A stretch of 63,297 bases of DNA, counting the filler, from Barthelona sp. PAP020 (Eukaryota), in NCBI GenBank assembly GCA_040182905.1. It is 5 parts of 5 records of this genome, joined end to end, with 100 filler letters (N's around TTAATTAATTAA, not from the genome) between each part and the next. Parts side by side here need not be neighbours in the genome. Positions count along the whole stretch, not along the records: positions 38,201 to 50,711 come from JARQWU010000344.1; positions 50,812 to 63,297 come from JARQWU010000345.1; 3 more parts are not named here. One strand, 5' to 3'. Under the pieces are notes generated by a model. That model did not search any database and was not told where the DNA came from. It saw nothing but the letters and a program-made list of their open reading frames with translations. The position numbers were made by a program, and so were the translations under genes. Numbering within the stretch: the stretch's first letter is position 1; each line of letters starts with the position of its first letter. Shown in pieces: positions 42,315 to 52,182 of the stretch.

Positions 42315-44432
42315 ATGTCAGAAATATCAACAAAAATAATACAAAAAAATGAATCGAAAAAGATTTTGGTTGTTTGGAGTCTAATAGTTTTGTTTGTTTT
42401 TAAAAGTTGTTCATGTGAAGTTTTATCATCATCAAAATTTACAAAATGTGTTAACGATGGACTGAATGATTTAGATTGTGATTATAAAATTACTCTCACA
42501 CTCAATTTACCTTTGTCTAATGTTTCAACTGAATCCATAGAATTCAAACTTACATCTACTTCAGATGATGATATTGAATCTTCTTTAACAAAACCAATAA
42601 CTGTTTCATGTTGGCAATCTCAAAGTTATATATATTATCCGATCACTTATTTAATGGATTTTCATGGCCAACCTGTTGAAGAAGTTATTGGAACAAATAT
42701 ATTTGGTTGTTATGATGATGCTAATGATGATAGTCCCACTTGTGGATGGCAATATCAAAACAATGCACGTATTCCATATTCTCAAGGCAGATGTTGTAGT
42801 TGTGATATAGGTAGTTTGATTGGAGGGGATGTTATTGGAAGAGGTGATACTACATGTTCTTTAGAAACTTTTAAAACTGCTCACTGTTTAAGATTTCCAT
42901 CTGATGTTAGAGTTTGGCATGGATATAAGATAGGTACAGCTGAAAGGAAATTTCAAGTTAAGTGCGATATTGATGGAACTCTTGTAGCGGCAAGTCCTGA
43001 TAATACAGTTGTATTTAGTGATGATAAAAGAGTAAAACTAGAATTGCAAGGATTATTGGGAAGTTTCAATGATATTCCTCAAATATCAAATTCGATATTG
43101 TTGACATCAGCATCTGATGATGTGGAATCAATGATTGTAAGCGAGTCAATGGTTACTTTAGATGGAACTGAATGTTCAAAAATTGGTGTATCATATTCAG
43201 GTGTGTTTAGCAAGGACCATTTTTGTTACGGAAGTGTTAATGAATGTTTAAAGAATCAACCTGATGATTTATATTTGAAAGATCAAGAATTAAAAACAAA
43301 AGGCCAACTTCCTTTGTATTTAGTTTCTAAGTATGGTGATATTACCCAATTAACTGGGGATGGGTTGGGATTAACTGATGCTAATTACATTTCTACAGTT
43401 TTAGCTACTCTTGAAGTTGAAGCAGATTCACTAGCCTTTATTGAAAACAGCTCAACTGGTCAAATTTTATCAGTTGAAATCAATACTTTTTCAGGTGCAA
43501 GCTCGCAATTTGTTGAAATTATTATTCTCAACACTGGTTATGCAAGTGCAGAGTTTTCCATTGGTTTGCAAGATTGTACAACTGGAGTATTTCCTGAAGC
43601 TGAAATTACAGTAGGTATTTCACCTGCAGAGAAATACACAGCTTTAAACAAAGTTAACATCCCTTCAGTTGATGGATCTGATTATCAATGTTTTGTAATT
43701 TTAAAAGATGCTATTGGAAATATTATTGACAATCAAACTCTTGATTTTAGCACAACAAGTGTTGAATTTGTCAGTAATTTTGATTTGTCACTTGACGATC
43801 ACAAAAATTTTGAAGATTTTTTGGAATCTTTCAACACTTGTGGATGTAATTTTAATGATGTGATTTGTTTGATTTATAGATGGAATGATTGTGTAAAATT
43901 GATAATTGGATGCATTGTTGGAGGAATTTTGTTAATTTCCTTTGTTTTATCATTGTTCAAATTTTTGTTTTGTCCAACTGGTTCTTCGATGTCATGTTTT
44001 GTCATCTCGTTTCCTATGAAATTAACATGGTATTGTTTGAAATTGATATGGTTTCTTCTTTCAAATACTGTTAAATTGTTGTTTTTTTGTTGTAAATGTT
44101 GTGAAAATAAGGAAAAAAGTCAAATTGAGGAAAAAATTCAGCAATTTCATAATAAAAACAAAAAAGAGTTGTATTTATCCGCAAATTCTCAACAAATATT
44201 GATTGATTATGCCCTAAAATTGCAAGAAAAACAGAAAAGAACAAATAGGAACAAAAGAAAAAAAAAATCAAAAGGCAGTTCTTCAAAAGATAAAAAAGAA
44301 GTTCCTCATCATAATCATATCAAAAAAAAGGGTAAAAATCATCATAAAGAACATGCTCAACATCACAATGAAAGAGATAAGAAAAATAGGAATAAGAAGA
44401 AAAGAATTTCCAAAGACCCTGGTGTTACTTGA
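42315..44432 (+). CDS. HAP2: HAP2/GCS1 class II gamete fusogen (705 aa)
   Basis: N-terminal hydrophobic signal; SPTCGW, IPYSQGRCCSC, TAHCLRF, VTLDGTECSKIGVSY, CLKNQP motifs; TM helix; Cys-rich juxtamembrane segment (CCKCC); K/R/H-rich tail. Confidence 0.95.
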   Translation: MSEISTKIIQKNESKKILVVWSLIVLFVFKSCSCEVLSSSKFTKCVNDGLNDLDCDYKITLTLNLPLSNVSTESIEFKLTSTSDDDIESSLTKPITVSCWQSQSYIYYPITYLMDFHGQPVEEVIGTNIFGCYDDANDDSPTCGWQYQNNARIPYSQGRCCSCDIGSLIGGDVIGRGDTTCSLETFKTAHCLRFPSDVRVWHGYKIGTAERKFQVKCDIDGTLVAASPDNTVVFSDDKRVKLELQGLLGSFNDIPQISNSILLTSASDDVESMIVSESMVTLDGTECSKIGVSYSGVFSKDHFCYGSVNECLKNQPDDLYLKDQELKTKGQLPLYLVSKYGDITQLTGDGLGLTDANYISTVLATLEVEADSLAFIENSSTGQILSVEINTFSGASSQFVEIIILNTGYASAEFSIGLQDCTTGVFPEAEITVGISPAEKYTALNKVNIPSVDGSDYQCFVILKDAIGNIIDNQTLDFSTTSVEFVSNFDLSLDDHKNFEDFLESFNTCGCNFNDVICLIYRWNDCVKLIIGCIVGGILLISFVLSLFKFLFCPTGSSMSCFVISFPMKLTWYCLKLIWFLLSNTVKLLFFCCKCCENKEKSQIEEKIQQFHNKNKKELYLSANSQQILIDYALKLQEKQKRTNRNKRKKKSKGSSSKDKKEVPHHNHIKKKGKNHHKEHAQHHNERDKKNRNKKKRISKDPGVT

Positions 44433-45009
44433 AAAGCATTTTTCTTTTTCGTAATTATTCTCCCTTAAAATGAACTCTTTCAACTTTTTCTTTATTTTTT
44501 GTGGGTACAATTTTCTATTTTTTCAAAAAATCAGATGCTTTAAATGTGCAAGCAAAAAAAAATTTTGGGATAAAAAGACAATCAACTTTTTTTCTTTTGA
44601 ATAAATTAATTGTCATTGAATTTGTTTTGAAGCAGCTTCACACTCCATGTATCTAATTTTCTTTGTGCTTTTATTTTTGTTGAATTCTTTTGAACATTTG
44701 ACTTTCTTGGATACAATACATATTTGGCTATTCCAGTGCATATCACTGTTATCATGATCCTTTTTCTTTTTTTATTTTATGATACAAGAACGCTTTAATT
44801 AATTAAAAAAGTAACATTAAAATGCCATAAATTTTTTATAATTTTTTTCAAAATCTTCAATAACAAAGAGATTTATTTTTCTTTTTGATAAAAAATCCTT
44901 TTAAAGAATCTCAAATGAAGAATGGTATTGAAAAACATAGAAAAGTGCATTGCTGAACAAAAATTTGATTTGACAACATAACTTTTGAACAAAAGTGTCA
45001 AAATTAATT

Positions 45010-48000
45010 TCACAATATTGGTATACGCTTATAGTATTCAGCTTCTCTTATGTGATGAAAGAAATGTCTTCTTCTTGGAAGTCTATGGTAAATCCAAGTT
45101 ATATGAGCTGAATCTATACCAATTGCTAACAATACAACGGTAATCAAAAAAATCCAAAAAGATGGTTTGGAAATTAAATACCATAAATTTCCATGGTAAT
45201 CTGGTTCAAAAACAACTTGAATACTCAGAAGTGCCAACGCCAACACAAATATCACGAAACCAAACACCATCAAAATAACTGCAACAATATTATATTCATT
45301 GAACGATATGATAATTCTTATATTAACAATTATAACTACTAACATAAATGCAGTAAATCCAAAAACGTCATGTCCAGAATTTAGATAATGAATTTGAGCA
45401 CCACCACCAAAAAAATAAAACAAAGAATACCATATCAGAATTCCTTCAATAACGCCAATAATAAGCCATGCCAACAATCTTTTGAAAGCCCAAAACGTTC
45501 TGCAATTGGTTTCAATAAATAACCATGAAGCAAAAGGTTGTGTTAAACAAATAGGTTTTGGAATTGAAATTTGGTGTAGAGAATACATGGTAATAGGTAG
45601 CGTCGTAAATAAAACATTGAAAAATGCTAATAAATAAGCAGGATATAATAGCTCTCCATCAGCACCAGAATAAAACGAAAAAATAAACTGAGGAATAACC
45701 ATCACAATATTCTTATATAGAGAAAAAAAAACAAATGTTGAAATTCTTTCTTCATTGTTATGCCCATGAAAGTTTAGCAATACATGTAAAAACCCCAAAT
45801 GAGGAAGGGAAACATCAGCACTTCTTGCAGCTTGGATTCCTTCTTTTCCACAAATACCTATGGATAGATCTGCTTCTTCAAACATTCCGGTGTCATTTAC
45901 ACCATCACCACAAGCACATAACATGGGTCGACTCTTAGGACTGTGTTCATTGTTAGCCAATAATCCATTGTGATCAGTGCAAAAGTCATCTTTCCTTCTC
46001 CAACGCCAATATCTAGGTTTACATAAAGGCAAAGAATAATATAGGTCTGGAACTTTCAATTCAGACCTTGAAAGAGTAATGGAAGGCTCAACATCTAAAT
46101 TTTCAAGATAAAAAATTATTCTTTCCATTATAACCGGATAATATCTTCTTTGATAGTATTTACGATGTCCAGAAACGTGTTTATAATTTGCTACAATCAA
46201 TGCTTTATCACGTGGTCCCAATCTGTAGCATACACTAATTTTAGCGAATTCAGACAATAAATATACATAATATATCAAATCTTCTTTTATTTCAGTGATT
46301 GTTGATGCCTCTCCAATAGTTTCATCAACATCTTCAACTGGGTTACCAAGTCCTCGATTGGAAACACAACTACTTGTAAACAGAAAATGTGCACTCTCTT
46401 GTAAAATTAGATGCCACACTTCTTTACCAAGCCCAAGAACAACTTGCTTTCCCGAACAGTCACGATCATGAAACAAAACAGAGAGAGAATCTTCCTTATT
46501 CCTGGGACGCTCCAATTGGTATTGATGAATGTGTAAACGAGCCAATAAATCAATTAATTTTTCTGATGCATCATCATGTGATTCAAAAGATGAAAAATGT
46601 ATGAAAGGTACGTCTTCTGTGATGACATTTAATTGTTGTAACAGTGAAACTACAGTGTCACCACGGTCTCCCGTCAATATCCATGTCTCACAACGACTTA
46701 ATTGGAGATGATTTAATAAAAATCCAATTTGAGGAGCAATTTCATCTGAAACACCTGTAACACCTAAAAATTCCATATTTTGAGTTATTTTATCCCAAAC
46801 AACATCTTCATCAGCGATTCTGTTGGATAAATTCTTGCCAGCATTATTTAGGTCTTCTAAAAATTGAGTAGTATCAAAAGTTTCATCCATTTTTTTATAA
46901 GCAAAGCACAAAGAACGAAAACCTTTTTTCGAAATGACTTCTGATACTTTGAACAAATTTGAATCAGATTTTAATCTTTTTCCTACCTCAAGTTCGCTTC
47001 CTTTCAAAAATAGAACAGTACAATCAGATGATAATTTGCATAACACTGCCATTCTTGAACGTTCTGATAAGAATGCCTGGGTTGCTAAAATTTCCACTTC
47101 AAACACCTTTTTATTGATTTCTAAGCAAACAATGTTATTTCTTCCATGAATTACAATGTCGAATTTTTTTAAAAAATTTGCAAAGGCCAACTCATCAGTA
47201 GATTCACTAACAAATTCATCAGTTTCATTCACAGGAAAAATGGAAGAATTGACTAACATAGCAATAATTAATAAATGAAATGATGAGGCAGATTTAACAT
47301 CAAAATTATGACAAATATTTTCATAACACTGAGAAGTAAGGGGAAAAAAGGTATCATAACCATTAGTAAATGCTTTTACCAATAAATGGTTGAACAAATA
47401 ACAATGATTAACATATAGTAATTCTAATGTCATCGAATTCTCAGTTAACGTTCCGGTTTTATCAAAAAAAAATGTATTCACCAATCCAATGTTTGAAGCA
47501 GGTGCATAATTACGAATTTTTGCATGAACTTGTCTGGGAAATAGAGTTCTTAATGATTCATTACCATTATACGAAGGTGGGGTATAAGTGTAGATTTTTG
47601 GTTGTGAATGTTGAATCAATCTGTCTCTAATCCAAAAGTTTTGTCTTTGACTTTGTTGTGTACCATAGTTAAAAATATGTCCTTCAACTCTATTATCTGC
47701 ATTCTGAATAAACGATTCACTTCCAATTGTTAAAGGCACAATGGAATTCGAATTAGAACTTGGTTCAAGCGTTTCAAAGGTCTTTTGAATAAAAGAAGGA
47801 CCATAATAAGATAAATCTCCATCCCATTCAACATAAAAGCTATTAATGAATCGAATAACATCCAATTCAACAAACAATGAAATTGGTAATAAATAACCAA
47901 AAATGACACAATTCCTCAACAAACCTTCAAAATAGTCACCAAAATCATATGTGTTCCAAGCCAAGTACCACACATCATTCAAATCATACCCATTAATTTT

Positions 48001-48882
48001 CCATCCCCACATACTAACAAAAATTACCACCAAAATAGATATAATAATTAATATTATTGATAACCTGTTGATAAATATATCACTAAATGCTCTCTTTGGC
48101 TTTGGTTTTGAAAAATTAAGCAACAATTTTGAATCATGTCCTGCATATATTACAAAAGCTAAAATTTTACCCATATTTATTTCAGCACCACTGGGAATAA
48201 ATACTTTATTGTCATATATATCATCATCCATCACCATTTCAAAATCACAAAGAATTATTGAAGGTTCTTTAAAGGTTAAATTTGAATTTAATTGTTCAAA
48301 TTGTTCAAAATCTTCAAAATCTTGAGTTTTTTCTGTTGGAAATTTGATCTTTAAGTTTGGTTCACCATCCAATACTGATGTCTTCAAATAAATTTTATCA
48401 TTACTTATTTCAGACCATACTTTTAAAACAATACAATCAGCAGGAGCTATATCACCATGATTTAATAGTATCATTGTTCCAGGTTTCATATTTTGACTTA
48501 AAATGGTGCATAAATGTTCATCTTCATTGTTTTCTTCCAAAATATCATTTTTATCGATACTTTTTTTCAAGCAAGTAAAAATCTTATTGTTTGTTTCTGT
48601 ATCAGATCGATGTCTTCTAATATCTGCAATAGCCTCAGATAACGATCCAAAGAAAAAAGAAAAAATTAGAGGAAAAACAGCAAGCAAAGGTGCAAAAGTA
48701 TCAACAAACAAATTGATAATGAATAAAACTATGTATAACCATAAAGCAACCCTATTCCTTAATTGCCACCATATAATTTTTGGCACAAAAGAATACCATG
48801 TATATTGAGAAGTACGAATCTTATTAGAACAATAATTTTGAATCCTATTATACTCTAAATCATTAATTATTAGGGATCTCAT
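45010..48882 (-). CDS. P4-type ATPase (phospholipid flippase), divergent
   Basis: NKIRTSQYT, DGEPNLK, PISL in TM4, DKTGTLTEN, WILTGD, GDGVND, GKEGIQAARSAD, six C-terminal TM helices. Confidence 0.92.
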   Translation of the reverse strand: MRSLIINDLEYNRIQNYCSNKIRTSQYTWYSFVPKIIWWQLRNRVALWLYIVLFIINLFVDTFAPLLAVFPLIFSFFFGSLSEAIADIRRHRSDTETNNKIFTCLKKSIDKNDILEENNEDEHLCTILSQNMKPGTMILLNHGDIAPADCIVLKVWSEISNDKIYLKTSVLDGEPNLKIKFPTEKTQDFEDFEQFEQLNSNLTFKEPSIILCDFEMVMDDDIYDNKVFIPSGAEINMGKILAFVIYAGHDSKLLLNFSKPKPKRAFSDIFINRLSIILIIISILVVIFVSMWGWKINGYDLNDVWYLAWNTYDFGDYFEGLLRNCVIFGYLLPISLFVELDVIRFINSFYVEWDGDLSYYGPSFIQKTFETLEPSSNSNSIVPLTIGSESFIQNADNRVEGHIFNYGTQQSQRQNFWIRDRLIQHSQPKIYTYTPPSYNGNESLRTLFPRQVHAKIRNYAPASNIGLVNTFFFDKTGTLTENSMTLELLYVNHCYLFNHLLVKAFTNGYDTFFPLTSQCYENICHNFDVKSASSFHLLIIAMLVNSSIFPVNETDEFVSESTDELAFANFLKKFDIVIHGRNNIVCLEINKKVFEVEILATQAFLSERSRMAVLCKLSSDCTVLFLKGSELEVGKRLKSDSNLFKVSEVISKKGFRSLCFAYKKMDETFDTTQFLEDLNNAGKNLSNRIADEDVVWDKITQNMEFLGVTGVSDEIAPQIGFLLNHLQLSRCETWILTGDRGDTVVSLLQQLNVITEDVPFIHFSSFESHDDASEKLIDLLARLHIHQYQLERPRNKEDSLSVLFHDRDCSGKQVVLGLGKEVWHLILQESAHFLFTSSCVSNRGLGNPVEDVDETIGEASTITEIKEDLIYYVYLLSEFAKISVCYRLGPRDKALIVANYKHVSGHRKYYQRRYYPVIMERIIFYLENLDVEPSITLSRSELKVPDLYYSLPLCKPRYWRWRRKDDFCTDHNGLLANNEHSPKSRPMLCACGDGVNDTGMFEEADLSIGICGKEGIQAARSADVSLPHLGFLHVLLNFHGHNNEERISTFVFFSLYKNIVMVIPQFIFSFYSGADGELLYPAYLLAFFNVLFTTLPITMYSLHQISIPKPICLTQPFASWLFIETNCRTFWAFKRLLAWLIIGVIEGILIWYSLFYFFGGGAQIHYLNSGHDVFGFTAFMLVVIIVNIRIIISFNEYNIVAVILMVFGFVIFVLALALLSIQVVFEPDYHGNLWYLISKPSFWIFLITVVLLAIGIDSAHITWIYHRLPRRRHFFHHIREAEYYKRIPIL

Positions 48883-49203
48883 CTGTAATCAATACAATCA
48901 TATGTCCTATTCAATCTTGAAGTAATGTATACAATTGAATCACTGTGAAAAACATTTCAAATCAATTTGAAAGCGCGATTTTTTCATTCATTGGAATATT
49001 GTGAATCAAATGAAAAACAATCGTGGAACAATTTTGTTTATTTTTAAAGGTCGACGAAAAGACTTTAACAGTAATTCTTTTTTTTTTTTTTCATAATCGT
49101 TTTGAACTCAATATTTCTTTCTCTTTGATAACATAATGCGTTTAATAAAAAAAAAAAAAGAATGAAGCAAAAATTGGACCAGATTGGTGAATGTATTAAT
49201 TTA

Positions 49204-50517
49204 TTATTTTTTCGGTTGAAAATTCTTATATTGAAAATTTTCATGTTGTGCCGCACTGTATGGAGTTCTATAATGAATTTCTCCGGAATTTGAATCAAAA
49301 CGATTGTTGGATTCAAAATAGTCTTTTGTGTAAGGTGGAATAAATTCTTGAGAATAATTTTGATAGTTTTGATAATTTCTTGAATGTTTATAATTTTTAC
49401 TTTCTTTCCAACTTCTGTCATCTCTGATATTTCTAGCATCTCTACTGTATCTATCATCTCTAGCATACTTATCATCTCTACTATACCTATCATCTCTGGA
49501 ATATCTATATCTATCATCTCTGGAATATCTATCATCTCTGCCATATTTATCATTTCTACTATATCTATCATCTCTTGTATACCTATCATCTCTTGCATAC
49601 CTATCATCTCTTGCATACCTATCATCTCTTGCATACCTATCATCTCTGGAATGTTTAAAATCTTTTTCTCTCAAATTTTTAGATTCCCAAGAATGAATTG
49701 GTTCATGATCAAATTGCTGTTTCTTTGTTAATTTTGAATTTAATGATTCTTCAATTATTTTTTTTTGAGGATAAATGTGTTGTGCATCGTCAATTTTACT
49801 TTTTTTACGTGCTTTTTCCAATTGAAAATCTCCCAAAGCAATATTGGAAGAGATTAATTGAGAAACATCATTATCTCTCATTTTTACATTTTCATCACTT
49901 TTGAGTTCATTCTTTCTTTCTTTAATTTGAAAAATTTTTTGATTTGAATGTGTCAACCAATTGTCTTGTTGTTTTTTTAAATTCTGTTCTTCTTGAAATT
50001 TCTTGCTGTTCCTATATTTTTGTTCTTTTAATAATTTTTTCCTGTCCAATAAATTTCCATCCATATCTAAAAATCCCTTTTTAATCAGATCAGCTCTGAT
50101 CATATCATTTAATGGTCTGATCAAATGAGGTTGAACAAATGAAAAATTGTCTTTTTTTCCTAAAAAACTCACTTTATATTCATTTTGATAAATATCAAAC
50201 AATTCAACAACCGCTGGATAATATTGATTATTATTCAACGCTAAAATAAGATCATTTTCGTTATATTTTGGTGATATTGGATGTTTATTTAATTTATTTT
50301 CTTCAACTTCAATAAATTTCCCTAATTCAATTAAAGCTATTGAATATCTTGAAGTTGGTAATTGTTTCATTATTACAGCTTCATCAATATTATTATTATC
50401 ATTGGTATAATGAACTCTTTCATTAATCTCATACAAATGACCTTCCTTATTTTGTTCTTCTTCATTTTCTCCATGGGTTCGTATTTTTTTACCCCGAAAA
50501 TGCAACCTTGGATGCAT
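49204..50517 (-). CDS. Tudor-domain protein (SPF30/SMNDC1-like) with RDDRY mixed-charge repeats
   Basis: Tudor-like YNENDLILAL...YYPAVV...YKVSFLG...IRPL followed by a K-rich helix ending QDNW; repeat block in the C-terminal third. Confidence 0.6.
   Translation of the reverse strand: MHPRLHFRGKKIRTHGENEEEQNKEGHLYEINERVHYTNDNNNIDEAVIMKQLPTSRYSIALIELGKFIEVEENKLNKHPISPKYNENDLILALNNNQYYPAVVELFDIYQNEYKVSFLGKKDNFSFVQPHLIRPLNDMIRADLIKKGFLDMDGNLLDRKKLLKEQKYRNSKKFQEEQNLKKQQDNWLTHSNQKIFQIKERKNELKSDENVKMRDNDVSQLISSNIALGDFQLEKARKKSKIDDAQHIYPQKKIIEESLNSKLTKKQQFDHEPIHSWESKNLREKDFKHSRDDRYARDDRYARDDRYARDDRYTRDDRYSRNDKYGRDDRYSRDDRYRYSRDDRYSRDDKYARDDRYSRDARNIRDDRSWKESKNYKHSRNYQNYQNYSQEFIPPYTKDYFESNNRFDSNSGEIHYRTPYSAAQHENFQYKNFQPKK
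49411..49650 (-). repeat. Coding 18-bp tandem repeat, 11 good plus 2 degenerate units encoding [S/A/T/G]RDDRY
   Basis: Plus-strand unit TGCATACCTATCATCTCT and variants. Confidence 0.92.
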
Positions 50518-50711
50518 ATTTTAATTTTTTTTTTTTGGTACAAATAAAAAAAAAAAGAAAAATCGTGATTTACACTTTTTTTTTTTACTAAAATTCTTCA
50601 AACTTAAGATTAACCAGTTTGGGAAGCTTTTCCAAAAATATTTTTTCGATGTGTTCGACGTCAAAAGAGTTGAAGGCGATTCTGACCAACTTTTCATAAT
50701 TGTGCTGAATG

Positions 50712-50811
50712 NNNNNNNNNNNNNNNNNNNNNNNNNNNNNNNNNNNNNNNNNNNNTTAATTAATTAANNNNNNNNNNNNNNNNNNNNNNNNNNNNNNNNN
50801 NNNNNNNNNNN
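50712..50811. other. Artificial contig linker
   Basis: N44-TTAATTAATTAA-N44. Confidence 0.98.
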
Positions 50812-50979
50812 TAACAAAACTAATAAATGTTTAACAAACTCAATGTCCATTCCTTTTCGACTAAAATATGCTTGTTCAAATTCCTCAAGAGAAAATGACA
50901 ATGTATGTTCATGTGTTGAAATATCAAAATCAGCGTCATTAGATAATAACAAAGAAGTCTTAGATCGACTTTTTTTCAT
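50812..50979 (-). CDS. 5' fragment of an unknown gene cut by the contig end
   Basis: ATG at 50979 after a T-rich tract; frame open to the linker. Confidence 0.45.
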
Positions 50980-51051
50980 AAAAAACAAACAAAAAACAAA
51001 GAAAAATGAAAAAAATTTTGAAGTAACAATTTACAAAACGCCTTTATTTTT

Positions 51052-51915
51052 CTATACACTGTAAATACTCTTGTGTATCAAACATTGTCTCACAAAATGG
51101 GCAATTTTATGAGGTGAAGGAAAACAAAAGAATATCTCTTCAGGTGAAGGAGAATTGCTTACAATAATAGGACCAACATAAACTAAATCATCACCATAAA
51201 TCCGTAAATAAACATCTACATAAGTATTTTTTGCAGTTTTTGGATGTAATGTCAAAGGTGGTTTAACCAAAACTCTCAACAACTCAGAAGGATCAAAATT
51301 CACATAATTGGTTGAAATATAACGAACACAAGCCTCAATAATATCTGACAAACTTTTAGAAAACCCATAATCTTCTAACCTTTTTTGAGAGCGAGGAGAA
51401 GTTAAATTTTTACTTGTTGCCTTATTTTTTGTACTTTTATATCTGTGACCACTCATGTTTTCTTTTTTATCCGGAAAATTTGACAAACTGTTTTTCTTTT
51501 TTTTATTTCCATTCTTTTCTGAATAAACAAATTCTTTACCCTTTTGCAAATTCTTTGAAACTTTTACAGTTGGAAAAACATTGTTCTTTTTAGTAATATT
51601 AGAAAATTGAGTTTTCAATTCTGTAAAATTCGAATTCAATTGTTCTAACATCTTTTTTAAGTCCTTTGTTGCCTTAATTTGTGATTTTCTTAAATTCAAT
51701 TGATCTTGTTTTTCATTTTCATACTTTCTATTTTTTGAAACCTCGTGTACATCTGATTTGGCAGCTTTCTTTTTCTTTTCAAAAGAAAACCTTTTTCTAG
51801 CTGGGACAATTTGATAATAATCCGCAGTTTTCAAATACTCTTTCACAAGTGGGTCATTTTTCTTTAATTTTGCTCTATTATCTTTCAATTCTCGTTTTTT
51901 CACAAAATTATACAT
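51052..51915 (-). CDS. Hypothetical basic coiled-coil protein with a globular C-terminal region
   Basis: 287 aa from ATG 51915 (alternative ATG 52026); no family recognised. Confidence 0.7.
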   Translation of the reverse strand: MYNFVKKRELKDNRAKLKKNDPLVKEYLKTADYYQIVPARKRFSFEKKKKAAKSDVHEVSKNRKYENEKQDQLNLRKSQIKATKDLKKMLEQLNSNFTELKTQFSNITKKNNVFPTVKVSKNLQKGKEFVYSEKNGNKKKKNSLSNFPDKKENMSGHRYKSTKNKATSKNLTSPRSQKRLEDYGFSKSLSDIIEACVRYISTNYVNFDPSELLRVLVKPPLTLHPKTAKNTYVDVYLRIYGDDLVYVGPIIVSNSPSPEEIFFCFPSPHKIAHFVRQCLIHKSIYSV

Positions 51916-52182
51916 AATTCGTAAATTCAAATTAACATATCCTTGATGTTCAACAAAAAAAAAAAAACTAGAAAACCTTTTCACTAAATGAAAGATAAAA
52001 AAGATTCTAAAAAACAAGATGATCATCTAATATATATTTATGTACCGTAGAAAAATCATTTTTGATGAAAAAATAAAGAGCAAAAAAGACTAAAAGGAAA
52101 ACTAAAAATTTGAAGAAAACTTGACAACAAGTTACAATTGTTGGCCTTGTGAAAGAACAATAAATCTACCCTTCAAAAAATT

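Noticed and set aside
41144..48882. ODR-4 / HAP2 / flippase as a functional membrane-fusion cluster
   Set aside because: Proximity is normal at this gene density and nothing in the sequence indicates co-regulation
48883..48955. Possible 5' intron before the P4-ATPase ATG (TTACAG|ATG)
   Set aside because: No CTAAY branch motif like the three supported introns, and the ORF already has a suitable ATG
49411..49650. Possible CRISPR-like array
   Set aside because: Contiguous 18-bp tandem units without spacers, inside a eukaryotic coding frame, and no cas genes
49065..49731. ORFs with MIGMQE or IISCIP repeats
   Set aside because: Alternative-frame and antisense readings of the 18-bp repeat; the RDDRY frame is continuous with the Tudor gene
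12808..50811. Four regularly spaced TTAATTAATTAA palindromes about 12.6 kb apart
   Set aside because: Each sits in an identical N44...N44 spacer and the contigs decrease in size, so this is a concatenation artefact. The 'LIN' end of the RPN11 ORF also comes from the linker.
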